Of a stretch of 32,000 nucleotides of DNA, positions 9,123 to 17,827 are shown piece after piece. Position 1 is the first letter of the stretch. The number at the start of each line of letters is the position of its first letter. The stretch is from Acaryochloris thomasi RCC1774 (lineage in GTDB: Bacteria; Cyanobacteriota; Cyanobacteriia; Thermosynechococcales; Thermosynechococcaceae): the NCBI RefSeq assembly GCF_003231495.1, contig NZ_PQWO01000008.1, positions 150,001 through 182,000 on the forward strand, written 5' to 3'. The notes under the pieces were generated by a model. It saw only the letters and a program-made list of their open reading frames with translations, did not search any database and was not told the origin of the DNA. Made by a program: the position numbers and the translations under genes.

Positions 9123-9662
9123 ATGAGCATAATTAAAAAAACTGGTTCTGTTGCGGCATTGCTTGCCTGCCTTTCATACGGGAGCGTGAACTCAGTTTAC
9201 GCAGCCCAGCTAGACTTCCAAGATCCTTTTCAAGGTGACGCTTCTGCCCAGCCCAGCCAGGCTGACATAGATGCTGACCTTTGCGAAGAAGATTTTTCGC
9301 CTGTGGAGTCAGAGCTAAATTCGTTAAATCTTGGTCCTAACCTTGTAGCGAGCGCAGTCGTATCTGACACCCCCCTCCTCATTGCTCAGGGTCCAATTTG
9401 CGACCTAGGCGGAGTAGCCCCTGAGGGTGGTGGTGCACTCGGTGCCGGAATTCCATTGCTTCCCGTCTTAGGTGGACTAGCTGGTGCCGGTGGTATCGCA
9501 GCGGTGGCGGCGACGGGTGGCGGTGACGGTGACGGTGACGCTCCGGCTCCTCCTACTCCTGCCGTGCCTGAGCCTGCAGAGCTAGCAACGGCTAGCCTAT
9601 TTGCAACATTGGGTGTTGCTGGCGTTCTTCTACGCCGCAAGAAAAAGTCTGAAGATGTATAG
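9123..9662 (+). CDS. PEP-CTERM sorting-domain secreted protein, paralog A
   Basis: Signal peptide MSIIKKTGSVAALLACLSYGSVNSVYAAQ, an acidic region and a Gly/Ala-rich region. C-terminal VPEPAELATASLFATLGVAGVLLRRKKK is PEP motif + TM + basic cluster. I prefer the ATG at 9123 over the TTG at 9087. Confidence 0.75.
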   Translation: MSIIKKTGSVAALLACLSYGSVNSVYAAQLDFQDPFQGDASAQPSQADIDADLCEEDFSPVESELNSLNLGPNLVASAVVSDTPLLIAQGPICDLGGVAPEGGGALGAGIPLLPVLGGLAGAGGIAAVAATGGGDGDGDAPAPPTPAVPEPAELATASLFATLGVAGVLLRRKKKSEDV

Positions 9663-9708
9663 AGCTGCTCTAAGTATGTAGTTCTAGAGATTCTTCAAGG
9701 TTCGATAG

Positions 9709-9747
9709 TATGCCGGTTCCGTTCACGCGGGGCCGGCATATTTGCTT
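9709..9747 (+). terminator. rho-independent terminator after PEP-CTERM paralog A
   Basis: tatgccgg (9709-9716) pairs with ccggcata (9733-9740). The stem is extended by ttcc/gggg and followed by tttgctt. Confidence 0.6.
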
Positions 9748-9806
9748 AGAAAATATTATGTCGCCGTTCCGTAAGTCAGAATATTGCGTTTATGCAGGTC
9801 ATTTGG

Positions 9807-9884
9807 ATATCTGTAGTAGCTCGAATCCTTGAAAAGCTGCCAGGAGAAGAACTGACGACTCTGGATCAAGTCAGTCTACGATGA
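9807..9884 (+). pseudogene. decayed relic of the 5' end of the cruP-like gene, carried by the tandem duplication
   Basis: Translates ISVVARILEKLPGEELTTLDQVSLR* against the real gene start MSIVNHILGKLPGEYLTALEQADLKW at 10759. By my ungapped count 49 of 78 nt are identical. ATG has become ATA and a stop follows 25 codons. Confidence 0.6.
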
Positions 9885-9969
9885 GCAGATGCTAAGTTCG
9901 TAAAATCGGCTAAAATGCTAGAATATCGCAGTGTTGTTGTGGAAAAAGTCCCTGGAGATTGATGGGTTC

Positions 9970-10494
9970 ATGAGCATAATTAAAAAAACTGGTTCTATTA
10001 CGGCATTGCTTGCCTGCCTATCATATGGAAGCGTGAATTCAGTTTACGCAGCCCAGCTCGACTTCCAAGATCCTTTTCAAGGTGATGCTTCAGACCAGCC
10101 CAGTCAGGCTGACATAGACACCGATCTCTGCGAGGAAGGTTCTTCCCCTGCAGAGTCAGAGCTAAACTCTTTAAATCTTGGTCCTAACCTTGTAGCGAGC
10201 ACAGTCATATCTGACACACCTCTACTCATCGCTCAGGGTCCAATTTGTGACCTAGGCGGAGTAGCCCCTGAGGGTGGTGGTGCACTCGGTGCCGGAATTC
10301 CATTGCTTCCCATCTTAGGTGGACTAGCTGGCGCCGGTGGTATCGCAGCAGTGGCGGCGACGGGTGGTGGTGACGGTGACGCTCCGGCTCCCGCTGTACC
10401 TGAGCCTGCAGAGCTAGCAACGGCTAGCCTGTTTGCAACATTGGGTGTTGCTGGCGTTCTTCTACGCCGCAAGAAAAAGTCTGAAGATGTATAG
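9970..10494 (+). CDS. PEP-CTERM sorting-domain secreted protein, paralog B
   Basis: Same architecture as paralog A. By hand alignment there are about 10 substitutions plus two small indels (GD and PPT). The last ~93 nt differ from copy A at a single position. I prefer the ATG at 9970 over the GTG at 9931. Confidence 0.75.
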   Translation: MSIIKKTGSITALLACLSYGSVNSVYAAQLDFQDPFQGDASDQPSQADIDTDLCEEGSSPAESELNSLNLGPNLVASTVISDTPLLIAQGPICDLGGVAPEGGGALGAGIPLLPILGGLAGAGGIAAVAATGGGDGDAPAPAVPEPAELATASLFATLGVAGVLLRRKKKSEDV

Positions 10495-10542
10495 AACTGC
10501 TCGAAGTACGTAGTTCTAGAGATTCTCTAAGTTCCAATCAAG

Positions 10543-10580
10543 ATGCCGGTTCCATTTATGAGGGACCGGCATTCTTGTTT
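10543..10580 (+). terminator. rho-independent terminator after PEP-CTERM paralog B
   Basis: atgccggt (10543-10550) pairs with accggcat (10565-10572). Three further pairs extend the stem, the loop is 8 nt, and tcttgttt follows. Confidence 0.6.
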
Positions 10581-10758
10581 AAGACGATGTGCAATTTAAT
10601 AGCTGAAACCCCTGTATTCTCGTTGTCTCTTGTCAAATAGGGTGATCAAGAAAAACGTAGTATCAAGCCTTTCAGAAAAGTCGCACACGGCCTTGTTTAG
10701 GCAAATTTTATCTCGTTATCCTGTAAGCGAGACTGCTTTATGTATGAGTGTAATTTAG

Positions 10759-12324
10759 ATGTCCATAGTGAATCACATCCTCGGCAAGCTTCCGGGCGAA
10801 TACCTAACAGCTCTAGAGCAAGCTGATCTGAAATGGGCAAATCTAAGGCAGGACTCTTCTCCAACGATTCCTCAGGTGGTCGTCCAAAGTCAGGCCCCGC
10901 TCAGCACTATAGCCTGGGACATCATTATTTGTGGGGGCACCCTAGGCATTATTATTGGAGCTGCCCTGGCTCAGCGGGGCTGGCGCGTCGCTTTGCTAGA
11001 GCGAGGTATTTTGCGCGGGCGCGACCAAGAGTGGAATGCTTCTCGCGCAGAGGTTAGTACATTAGTCGATCTGGGATTGCTCTCACCTGAACAACTTGAA
11101 GAGACAATTTCCACCGAATTCAATCCCCTGCGCCTCCGGTTTCATGGGGGTAAAGAGATTTGGGTCCGCGATGTTCTCAACCTGGGCATCAATCCTGTCA
11201 TTCTTTTGGAATTTTTGAAGCAGCGATTCCTAGCAACCGGCGGCCGCTTGCTGGAGCAGGTGCCTTTCTCAGGTGTCGTCATCCATCCCGATGGCATTGA
11301 GGTAAAAAGACAGCAAGGACAGCCACACCTTACCGCACGCCTGCTGCTAGATGTTATGGGACATGGTTCCCCTATTGCAGCCCAAGCCCGCAACGGCCAG
11401 AAACCGGACGGCATTTGCCTCGTCGTTGGCACCTGCGCCCAGGGAATGGCCGAGAACCTTACAGGTGACTTACTAGTCTCCAATAGCCCAATTCAAAACC
11501 ATAGCCAGTATTTTTGGGAAGCCTTCCCAGCCCGTGACGGTCGCACCACATATCTGTTTACCTATGCCGACCTCCAACCTCAACGCCCTAGCCTCAAACA
11601 ACTCTTTGCAGACTATTTCCAAGAGTTGCCCAGCTATCAAGAGATTGAGCTCTCTCAACTGCAGATTCAGCGAGCCTTATTCGGCATGTTTCCGAGCTAT
11701 CGCCAGAGCCCCCTAGCGCTGCCTTGGGACCGTCTCCTAGCTCTTGGAGACAGCAGCGGCAACCAGTCTCCCCTAAGCTTTGGAGGCTTTGGGGCCATGA
11801 TGCGCCACCTCAGTCGCTTAGATGCGGGCATTCATGAAGCACTGACCTGTGACTGCCTCACCCAAAAAGATCTGGCCCAACTACAGCCCTACCAGCCCAA
11901 TCTCTCATCGACATGGCTCTTTCAGAAATCAATGCGTGCCCCGATTAACAACATCGGAGACCCTAACGCCATTAATCACCTACTTTCTGTTGTATTTGAA
12001 GCGATGGAAGATCTAGGGGAGCCTGTTCTTAAACCATTCCTGCAGGATGTCGTTCAATTTGTGCCGCTCTCACAAGCCCTCCTTCAGGTCTCTGTGCGCC
12101 ACCCTCAGCTCATACCCACGATCTTGGCACAGCTGGGACCTGTAGCGCTAGCACAGTGGCTACCACACTATCTCAGCTTAGGACTCTACAATGAATTAGA
12201 TCGCTTACAGCCTTTAATTCGCCGCAGATGCAAGACTCTTTCCCCCCGTAAACAGTACCGCTGGCACCGACGCCTTGATCAATGGGCCTACGGAGCTGGG
12301 CATGATCATAGGAGCAACACCTAA
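10759..12324 (+). CDS. FAD-dependent oxidoreductase, CruP / lycopene-cyclase-like family
   Basis: 521 aa. Dinucleotide-binding DIIICGGTLGIIIGAALAQRGWRVALLERGILRGRDQEWNASRAEV resembles the ...CGGTLGI...GR(D/E)QEWNIS... N-terminus I recall for CruP homologs (cyanobacteria, plant At2g32640). Also LGDSSGNQSPLSFGGFG later in the sequence. Confidence 0.65.
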   Translation: MSIVNHILGKLPGEYLTALEQADLKWANLRQDSSPTIPQVVVQSQAPLSTIAWDIIICGGTLGIIIGAALAQRGWRVALLERGILRGRDQEWNASRAEVSTLVDLGLLSPEQLEETISTEFNPLRLRFHGGKEIWVRDVLNLGINPVILLEFLKQRFLATGGRLLEQVPFSGVVIHPDGIEVKRQQGQPHLTARLLLDVMGHGSPIAAQARNGQKPDGICLVVGTCAQGMAENLTGDLLVSNSPIQNHSQYFWEAFPARDGRTTYLFTYADLQPQRPSLKQLFADYFQELPSYQEIELSQLQIQRALFGMFPSYRQSPLALPWDRLLALGDSSGNQSPLSFGGFGAMMRHLSRLDAGIHEALTCDCLTQKDLAQLQPYQPNLSSTWLFQKSMRAPINNIGDPNAINHLLSVVFEAMEDLGEPVLKPFLQDVVQFVPLSQALLQVSVRHPQLIPTILAQLGPVALAQWLPHYLSLGLYNELDRLQPLIRRRCKTLSPRKQYRWHRRLDQWAYGAGHDHRSNT

Positions 12325-12411
12325 GCACTTTTACTCGGAAACTTAATTGCGCCGCTTTATAAAATAAATGTTAAATTTGAGTAACGATATGTTAACGGCT
12401 GCTGGTCAGCT

Positions 12412-13194
12412 ATGTCTATAAGCTCTATGCAACTTTTGGAACACCCCTGCATTGCTCACAAAGATTTGCGGTCTAGAAGGTCTCAGCTAACACTTTTTTG
12501 TGACCTCGACGGCCCGCTAATTGATGTTTCACAGCGTTACTATCAAACCTACCAAACAGCACTTACTCAGCTCCAGGGGCAGTATCGTAATCGAGGCTGT
12601 TCACTATTGTTAACGCCCCTCAGTGCTCGCCAGTTTTGGGAAATGAAGCAAGCACGCATTCCAGATATTGAGATTGCACGGCAGTCGGGCCTGCAGAACA
12701 AACAAATTGACGATTTCTTGCAGCATGTTAGGGCTATTGTTAATCATCCTCAAGTGTTAGGGCAAGACCGTGTCCAGCCAGGGGTCAGAGAGGCTCTAGC
12801 GCGCCTACATCGTTGGGGCGTTCAGCTCGCGGTCGTCACGCTACGTAGTCATGCTCAGGCGATTCAGATTTTGCATCAGTATGATTTGGCGCACTGGTTT
12901 AGCCATATTCAAGGAGCACAGGATCATCTCGCAGCCTATGACAACTATGCGGAGCATAAGCAAGCTTTGCTGGCGAAGACGATGAGCCAACCTGAATTTT
13001 CGAATCAAAATGAACGCTGGATGATTGGAGACACCGAAGCAGACATCTTGGCAGCTCAAGCCTTGGGCATGTCCTGTATTGCTGTGACCTGTGGCATGCG
13101 AAGTCATGATTATTTACAGCAGCTACAGCCCACGTCTATTCACGGTAGCTTTGCGATCGCAACTTCTTTCTTATTAGGTGTTGAAGCAGCGTAG
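12412..13194 (+). CDS. HAD-superfamily hydrolase (phosphoglycolate-phosphatase-like)
   Basis: 260 aa with HAD motif I FCDLDGPLIDVS, motif II VVTLRS and motif IV IGDTEADILAAQALGM. Confidence 0.8.
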   Translation: MSISSMQLLEHPCIAHKDLRSRRSQLTLFCDLDGPLIDVSQRYYQTYQTALTQLQGQYRNRGCSLLLTPLSARQFWEMKQARIPDIEIARQSGLQNKQIDDFLQHVRAIVNHPQVLGQDRVQPGVREALARLHRWGVQLAVVTLRSHAQAIQILHQYDLAHWFSHIQGAQDHLAAYDNYAEHKQALLAKTMSQPEFSNQNERWMIGDTEADILAAQALGMSCIAVTCGMRSHDYLQQLQPTSIHGSFAIATSFLLGVEAA

Positions 13195-13359
13195 ACAGAG
13201 CATCCTGATAGTGACGACACATCGTGTTTGCGGACAACTGCCGATACGTAAAGTTCTTGACCTATTACGCGATTGAATAACCGATTGAGGCATCATTAAT
13301 CGACTGAAGCTGATATTCTGTCAGTCGTAAACGGCTCTGGCCACACTCTACGAATCACG

Positions 13360-15339
13360 ATGATGCAACAATGGTTCCGCAATCTCTTGTTAACGGTCTG
13401 CCTAGCCAGCTTTGCTCAGCCGTTGACTCTGGCACAGCAGCGACCGATTGACCAAAAGATTGCTTGCGAGATTCTAGTCGTAGGGGGAGGATTGTCAGGG
13501 GTTGCCACCGCCTATGAAGCGCTATTAGCAGGTCGCCAAGTCTGTCTGACAGAGTTGACCGATTGGATCGGCGGTCAGATCTCGGCGCAGGGGACTTCAG
13601 CCCTCGACGAGAAGGAAACGCAGAGAGAGCAACGCTTTTTTCCGCGAGGCTATCTGACGCTGCGGGATCGATTGATAAAGAATGCGAAGCGAGAGCGACC
13701 CGGGGATTGTTGGGTCAGCTTGGTTTGTTTTTTGCCTGAAGATGGAAATGAGATTCTGCAAGACATGCTGCAGGAAGCCGCAAAGCAAGGGAAGGGACAG
13801 CTCAAGTTTTTCCCGAATACGGTGGTTAAGTCTCTACAGATGGAAGGGCCAAAAGGGGAGATAATCCAGTCGGTGCGGGCCATCCAGCACCAGCCTGCAC
13901 CTGGTGCACCGCCGCTCAATACGGAACCGCTGTCGCAAACGCTACAAGATAGCTACAGGGAGCAAGATTCAGAACGCTTTAGCAAAACGATACTTAGCTT
14001 TGGTCCTCCTGCTTCTGGGCAGTGGTACGTGGTCGAAGCGACGGAAACAGGTGAGCTTTTAGCACTGGCTGATTTGCCCTATCGAGTGGGTGTGGATGCA
14101 AGGTCCCATCTCAATCCCTCTTCTTCTAGCACAACGGCCTATCCTTATTGCACTCAGGCTTTTACGTATACGTTTGCAATGGAAGCAACTGAAGAAAAGC
14201 AAGAACACGAGCGTCCCTCTTTTTATACACAGATGGAGCCGTTCTATAGCTTTGATCAGCCTCGCTATGCTGAAACACCCAATCTTGTGTTCACCTACCG
14301 CAGAATCTTTAGTGCAGAGGAGGGGGCAAATGAGAAGACAGTAAATCCGGGTGATATTTCGATGCAGAACTGGGGAGGCGGCAACGACTATGGACCGGGT
14401 ACGGCGGTGGACAATTTTATCTATACTCGTGACCAGCTCCGAGCGAATGGTCAACTAGAGCCTGGAGGCTGGCAGGGCGGCTTGAGAACATCTAGTTTGC
14501 AGGGTGGAGAACAACTTGCTCAGGGATATTTCTATTGGTGGGTTGCAGGCACAACGGACTCTAAACTAACCCCTGTCAATAAGCAACCCCAGCCCAACGT
14601 GAGGTATTTAAGGGGCTTAGAGTCACCAATGGGGACTGTACATGGATTGTCTAAATATCCATATATACGTGAAAGTCGGCGGCTAATTGGGCGGCCTAGC
14701 TATGGTTATCCTGAGGGTTTTACAATCCGTGAGACGGATGTATCTCGGCAAGATTTTCGCGATGATTATTACCGGGAAACGCTTACTAGCGGGGAGTATC
14801 GAGATTTAATTACGGCTAAGGCGGGGCTGAAGACGTTAGACGTGATCTTAGACCAGGTGCCCGTAGATGAGGTGGAGTTGAGGATGCGATCGCGTATCTA
14901 TCCCGACAGTGTGGGCATTGGTCACTATCCCGTTGACTTTCACCCTTGCATGGCCGAAAGCCCCCCTGAGAAACCGGGCAATATGGAACGCTCAGGGGAA
15001 CGTCAGGGGGCTAGCCAAACATTTCCCTATCAAATACCGCTGCGGGCGATGATTCCACCTCGGATTAATAATCTGTTGGTGACGGGCAAGAGTATTGCCA
15101 CGAGTCACATTAGTGCCGCGACTTACCGAGTACATAGCTTTGAGTGGTCGGCAGGCGCGGCGGCGGGCATGGCAGCAGACTATGCCCTAGAAAAAGATTT
15201 AAGCCCCCATCAGCTTGTCGAAGATATGCCCCGCCATAATTCTCATTTGGCGGAGCTACAGAAGCGTCTCAATGCCAAACAGAACCCAACGGCATTTCCA
15301 GATACGTCAATCTTTAACCAGGATTGGGAAGATTGGTGA
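13360..15339 (+). CDS. FAD-dependent oxidoreductase (pfam12831-like) with signal-peptide-like N-terminus
   Basis: 659 aa. MMQQWFRNLLLTVCLASFAQPLTLAQQ is followed by the Rossmann motif ILVVGGGLSGVATAYEALLAGRQVCLTELTDWIGGQISAQG. A C-terminal TGKSIATSHISAATYRVHSFEWSAG segment is present. Confidence 0.7.
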   Translation: MMQQWFRNLLLTVCLASFAQPLTLAQQRPIDQKIACEILVVGGGLSGVATAYEALLAGRQVCLTELTDWIGGQISAQGTSALDEKETQREQRFFPRGYLTLRDRLIKNAKRERPGDCWVSLVCFLPEDGNEILQDMLQEAAKQGKGQLKFFPNTVVKSLQMEGPKGEIIQSVRAIQHQPAPGAPPLNTEPLSQTLQDSYREQDSERFSKTILSFGPPASGQWYVVEATETGELLALADLPYRVGVDARSHLNPSSSSTTAYPYCTQAFTYTFAMEATEEKQEHERPSFYTQMEPFYSFDQPRYAETPNLVFTYRRIFSAEEGANEKTVNPGDISMQNWGGGNDYGPGTAVDNFIYTRDQLRANGQLEPGGWQGGLRTSSLQGGEQLAQGYFYWWVAGTTDSKLTPVNKQPQPNVRYLRGLESPMGTVHGLSKYPYIRESRRLIGRPSYGYPEGFTIRETDVSRQDFRDDYYRETLTSGEYRDLITAKAGLKTLDVILDQVPVDEVELRMRSRIYPDSVGIGHYPVDFHPCMAESPPEKPGNMERSGERQGASQTFPYQIPLRAMIPPRINNLLVTGKSIATSHISAATYRVHSFEWSAGAAAGMAADYALEKDLSPHQLVEDMPRHNSHLAELQKRLNAKQNPTAFPDTSIFNQDWEDW

Positions 15340-15461
15340 GCTGATTTAAAGAAACGCGTTCTCATATTTTGAGAAAAATTGTTCTTGGAAAGCGAATACT
15401 TCTTTGGCTCTACAGAAAGTCAAGCCGCAAGATGCATGGCTCAGAGTGCTGAGCAACGTGC

Positions 15462-15493
15462 TTGACTCTCTAGTTAACTGGAGAGTTTAGGAT
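15462..15493 (+). promoter_or_regulatory. MerR-family-type promoter/operator: -35 TTGACT, 20-bp spacer containing a 22-bp dyad, -10 TAGGAT
   Basis: TTGACT (15462-15467), 20 nt, then TAGGAT (15488-15493). The dyad ACTCTCTAGTT|AACTGGAGAGT (15465-15486) has 10 of 11 symmetric pairs. It ends 27 nt upstream of the ATPase ATG. Confidence 0.6.
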
Positions 15494-15519
15494 AACGGTA
15501 TTACAGCCGGTAACCCACA

Positions 15520-17757
15520 ATGAAAACAGCTCGCTTATATCTGCAGGGCATGAGTTGTGCGGCCTGCACTCAAACGGTTGAAGAGGTTGCTCGCAAAGTT
15601 CCTGGAGTTCTTGACTGTGCGGTCAACTTTGCCGCTGAACAAGCCACCGTTCGGTATACGCCACACGAGACATCGATTCAGGTGATTCAACAGGCGATTA
15701 TCGATGCGGGCTACGGAGCAGCTCTTGCAGATGAAACCCAGAGAGAAGAACTTGAGGCGAAGGTCCAGCATCAGCTCATTAATCTGCGCCGGAAAGTTGC
15801 GGTGGGGCTTTGCCTCAGCAGCCTACTGGTGATTGGGTCACTCCCAGACATGCTAGGTGTAGAGCTGCCAGGGCTACACTGGCTCCATCATGCTTGGGTG
15901 CAGTTGCTAGTGACAACACCCGTTCTATTTTGGTGCGGTCAAGCTTTCTTCTTCGGAGCCTGGAAAGCTCTCCAGAGAAGAACGGCTGATATGAATACGC
16001 TGGTCGCATTGGGCACAGGTGCGGCTTATTTTTATTCGCTGTTCATAACCCTCTTCCCGAATATTTTGCGGGATCAGGGCTTACAGCCGCAGCTTTACTA
16101 TGAACCGGCAGCAGTTATTATTTCTCTGATTCTGTTAGGGCGGTGGCTGGAGCGCCGTGCGAGACGGCAGACTTCTGAGGCGATTCGGCAACTGATGGGC
16201 CTACAGGCAAAAACGGCGCGGGTCATGCGCGATGGCCGCGAACTGGAATTACCGATTGCTGACGTTTGGGTGGGCGATCGCGTGGCGGTGCGTCCGGGTG
16301 AAAAGATTCCGGTGGATGGTGTGGTGGTGTCAGGTCGATCTGCAGTAGATGAGTCGATGGTGACGGGGGAATCAATGCCGGTCACGAAGGGAATGGGCGA
16401 CTCAGTGATTGGCGCCACGATTAATCAGACGGGATTTTTCGAGTTCCGGGCCGATCGGGTCGGAAAAGATAGTGTGCTGGCCCAGATCGTTCAGCTTGTG
16501 GAAGCGGCTCAAAGCTCCAAAGCCCCGATTCAGAAGCTAGCCGATCAGATTACAGGATGGTTTGTGCCGGGGGTACTTGCGATCTCATCCACCACTTTCA
16601 TCGTCTGGTTCACCCTCACAGGTAACTTTACGCTTTCGATGATCAGCACCATCGGTGTTCTCATCATCGCCTGTCCCTGCGCCTTGGGACTGGCAACCCC
16701 CACCTCAATCATGGTGGGCACCGGCAAAGGTGCTGAGCACGGCATTCTGATCAAGGGGGCCGATAGCTTGGAGCTAGCCCACAAAATTGATACCGTTATC
16801 CTCGACAAAACCGGAACGCTGACCCAGGGCAAACCCATGGTGACTCATTACGCCACGGTTGCAGGAACGGCTAACAGCCATGAACTGAAGCTGTTGCAGA
16901 TGGCTGCAGCCCTAGAACGTCAGTCAGAACATCCGTTAGCAGCGGCAGTCGTCCGCTACGCCCACGCGCAAGGCGTTGAGCCAGCACTAGAGGTCGATCA
17001 GTTTGAAGCCGTTGCCGGTATGGGTGTGCAGGGAAAGATAGGAGAGCATCACCTCCACATCGGCACTCAGCAATGGATGCACGCTCTCAGTATTGAGACG
17101 GATTCATACCAAAACCACCTTCAGGAGACCACACTAACAACAGCCTGGATTGCCGTGGATGGGGAAATCGCGGGAATCATCGGCATTGCCGACGCTCTAA
17201 AGGAATCTTCTCCACAAGTCGTGAAGACGCTGCAAAAGATGGGTTTGGAGGTGGTGATGCTCACTGGAGACAATCAGCAGACGGCCATCGCCATTGCAGA
17301 GAAGGCGGGTATTGAACACGTTTTGGCAAACGTCCGCCCAGACCAGAAGGCGGCCCAGGTAAAGGCTCTACAGTCGGAGAGGAAAGTCATCGCAATGGTG
17401 GGAGATGGCATCAATGATGCGCCTGCGCTCGCTCAAGCTGATGTAGGGATTGCGATTGGGACCGGGACTGACGTTGCGATCGCAGCTAGTGACATCACGT
17501 TAATCTCTGGCGACCTCCAGGGAGTGGTCACCGCCATTCAACTCAGTCGCGCCACGATGCAAAACATCCGCCAAAATCTTTTCTTTGCCTTTATCTACAA
17601 CGTCATTGGAATTCCGATTGCGGCAGGCGTTCTTTATCCAGCATTAGGGTGGTTACTCAATCCGATGATTGCAGGGGGAGCAATGGCTTTGAGTTCTGTC
17701 TCAGTGGTGTCGAACGCTCTGCGTCTGCGCCGCTTCCACCCAGCCAATTTTCGATAA
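15520..17757 (+). CDS. copper(I)-translocating P1B-type ATPase (CtaA/PacS/CopA class)
   Basis: 745 aa. N-terminal HMA domain [41 protein letters not shown]. Cu(I)-class residues: IYNVIGIP (YN) and [18 protein letters not shown] (MxxSS). Confidence 0.92.
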   Translation: MKTARLYLQGMSCAACTQTVEEVARKVPGVLDCAVNFAAEQATVRYTPHETSIQVIQQAIIDAGYGAALADETQREELEAKVQHQLINLRRKVAVGLCLSSLLVIGSLPDMLGVELPGLHWLHHAWVQLLVTTPVLFWCGQAFFFGAWKALQRRTADMNTLVALGTGAAYFYSLFITLFPNILRDQGLQPQLYYEPAAVIISLILLGRWLERRARRQTSEAIRQLMGLQAKTARVMRDGRELELPIADVWVGDRVAVRPGEKIPVDGVVVSGRSAVDESMVTGESMPVTKGMGDSVIGATINQTGFFEFRADRVGKDSVLAQIVQLVEAAQSSKAPIQKLADQITGWFVPGVLAISSTTFIVWFTLTGNFTLSMISTIGVLIIACPCALGLATPTSIMVGTGKGAEHGILIKGADSLELAHKIDTVILDKTGTLTQGKPMVTHYATVAGTANSHELKLLQMAAALERQSEHPLAAAVVRYAHAQGVEPALEVDQFEAVAGMGVQGKIGEHHLHIGTQQWMHALSIETDSYQNHLQETTLTTAWIAVDGEIAGIIGIADALKESSPQVVKTLQKMGLEVVMLTGDNQQTAIAIAEKAGIEHVLANVRPDQKAAQVKALQSERKVIAMVGDGINDAPALAQADVGIAIGTGTDVAIAASDITLISGDLQGVVTAIQLSRATMQNIRQNLFFAFIYNVIGIPIAAGVLYPALGWLLNPMIAGGAMALSSVSVVSNALRLRRFHPANFR

Positions 17758-17827
17758 CAACTCATCCTTGCGACGGGAATAACCGCATAATCTATCCTCT
17801 AGTCAAAAGTAGAAGCTTGTCTAAACG

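Larger units (their letters stand above)
9085..10834 (+). repeat. tandem segmental duplication, two units (about 9085-9884 and 9930-10834)
   Basis: Each unit has a conserved leader (..tgttgtgg..ggagattgatgggttcATG), a PEP-CTERM CDS, a terminator hairpin, and the first ~78 nt of the cruP-like gene. That last piece is intact only in unit 2. Confidence 0.8.

Noticed and set aside
9386-9640. 84-aa and 79-aa minus-strand ORFs (also 10233-10472) inside the PEP-CTERM genes
   Set aside because: They are the antisense of the Gly/Ala-rich segment. They are conserved between copies only because the sense gene is duplicated.
9815-9830. tRNA T-loop-like string gctcgaatcc
   Set aside because: No acceptor, D or anticodon stems can be drawn around it. 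The segment aligns to the 5' end of the cruP-like gene (duplication relic).
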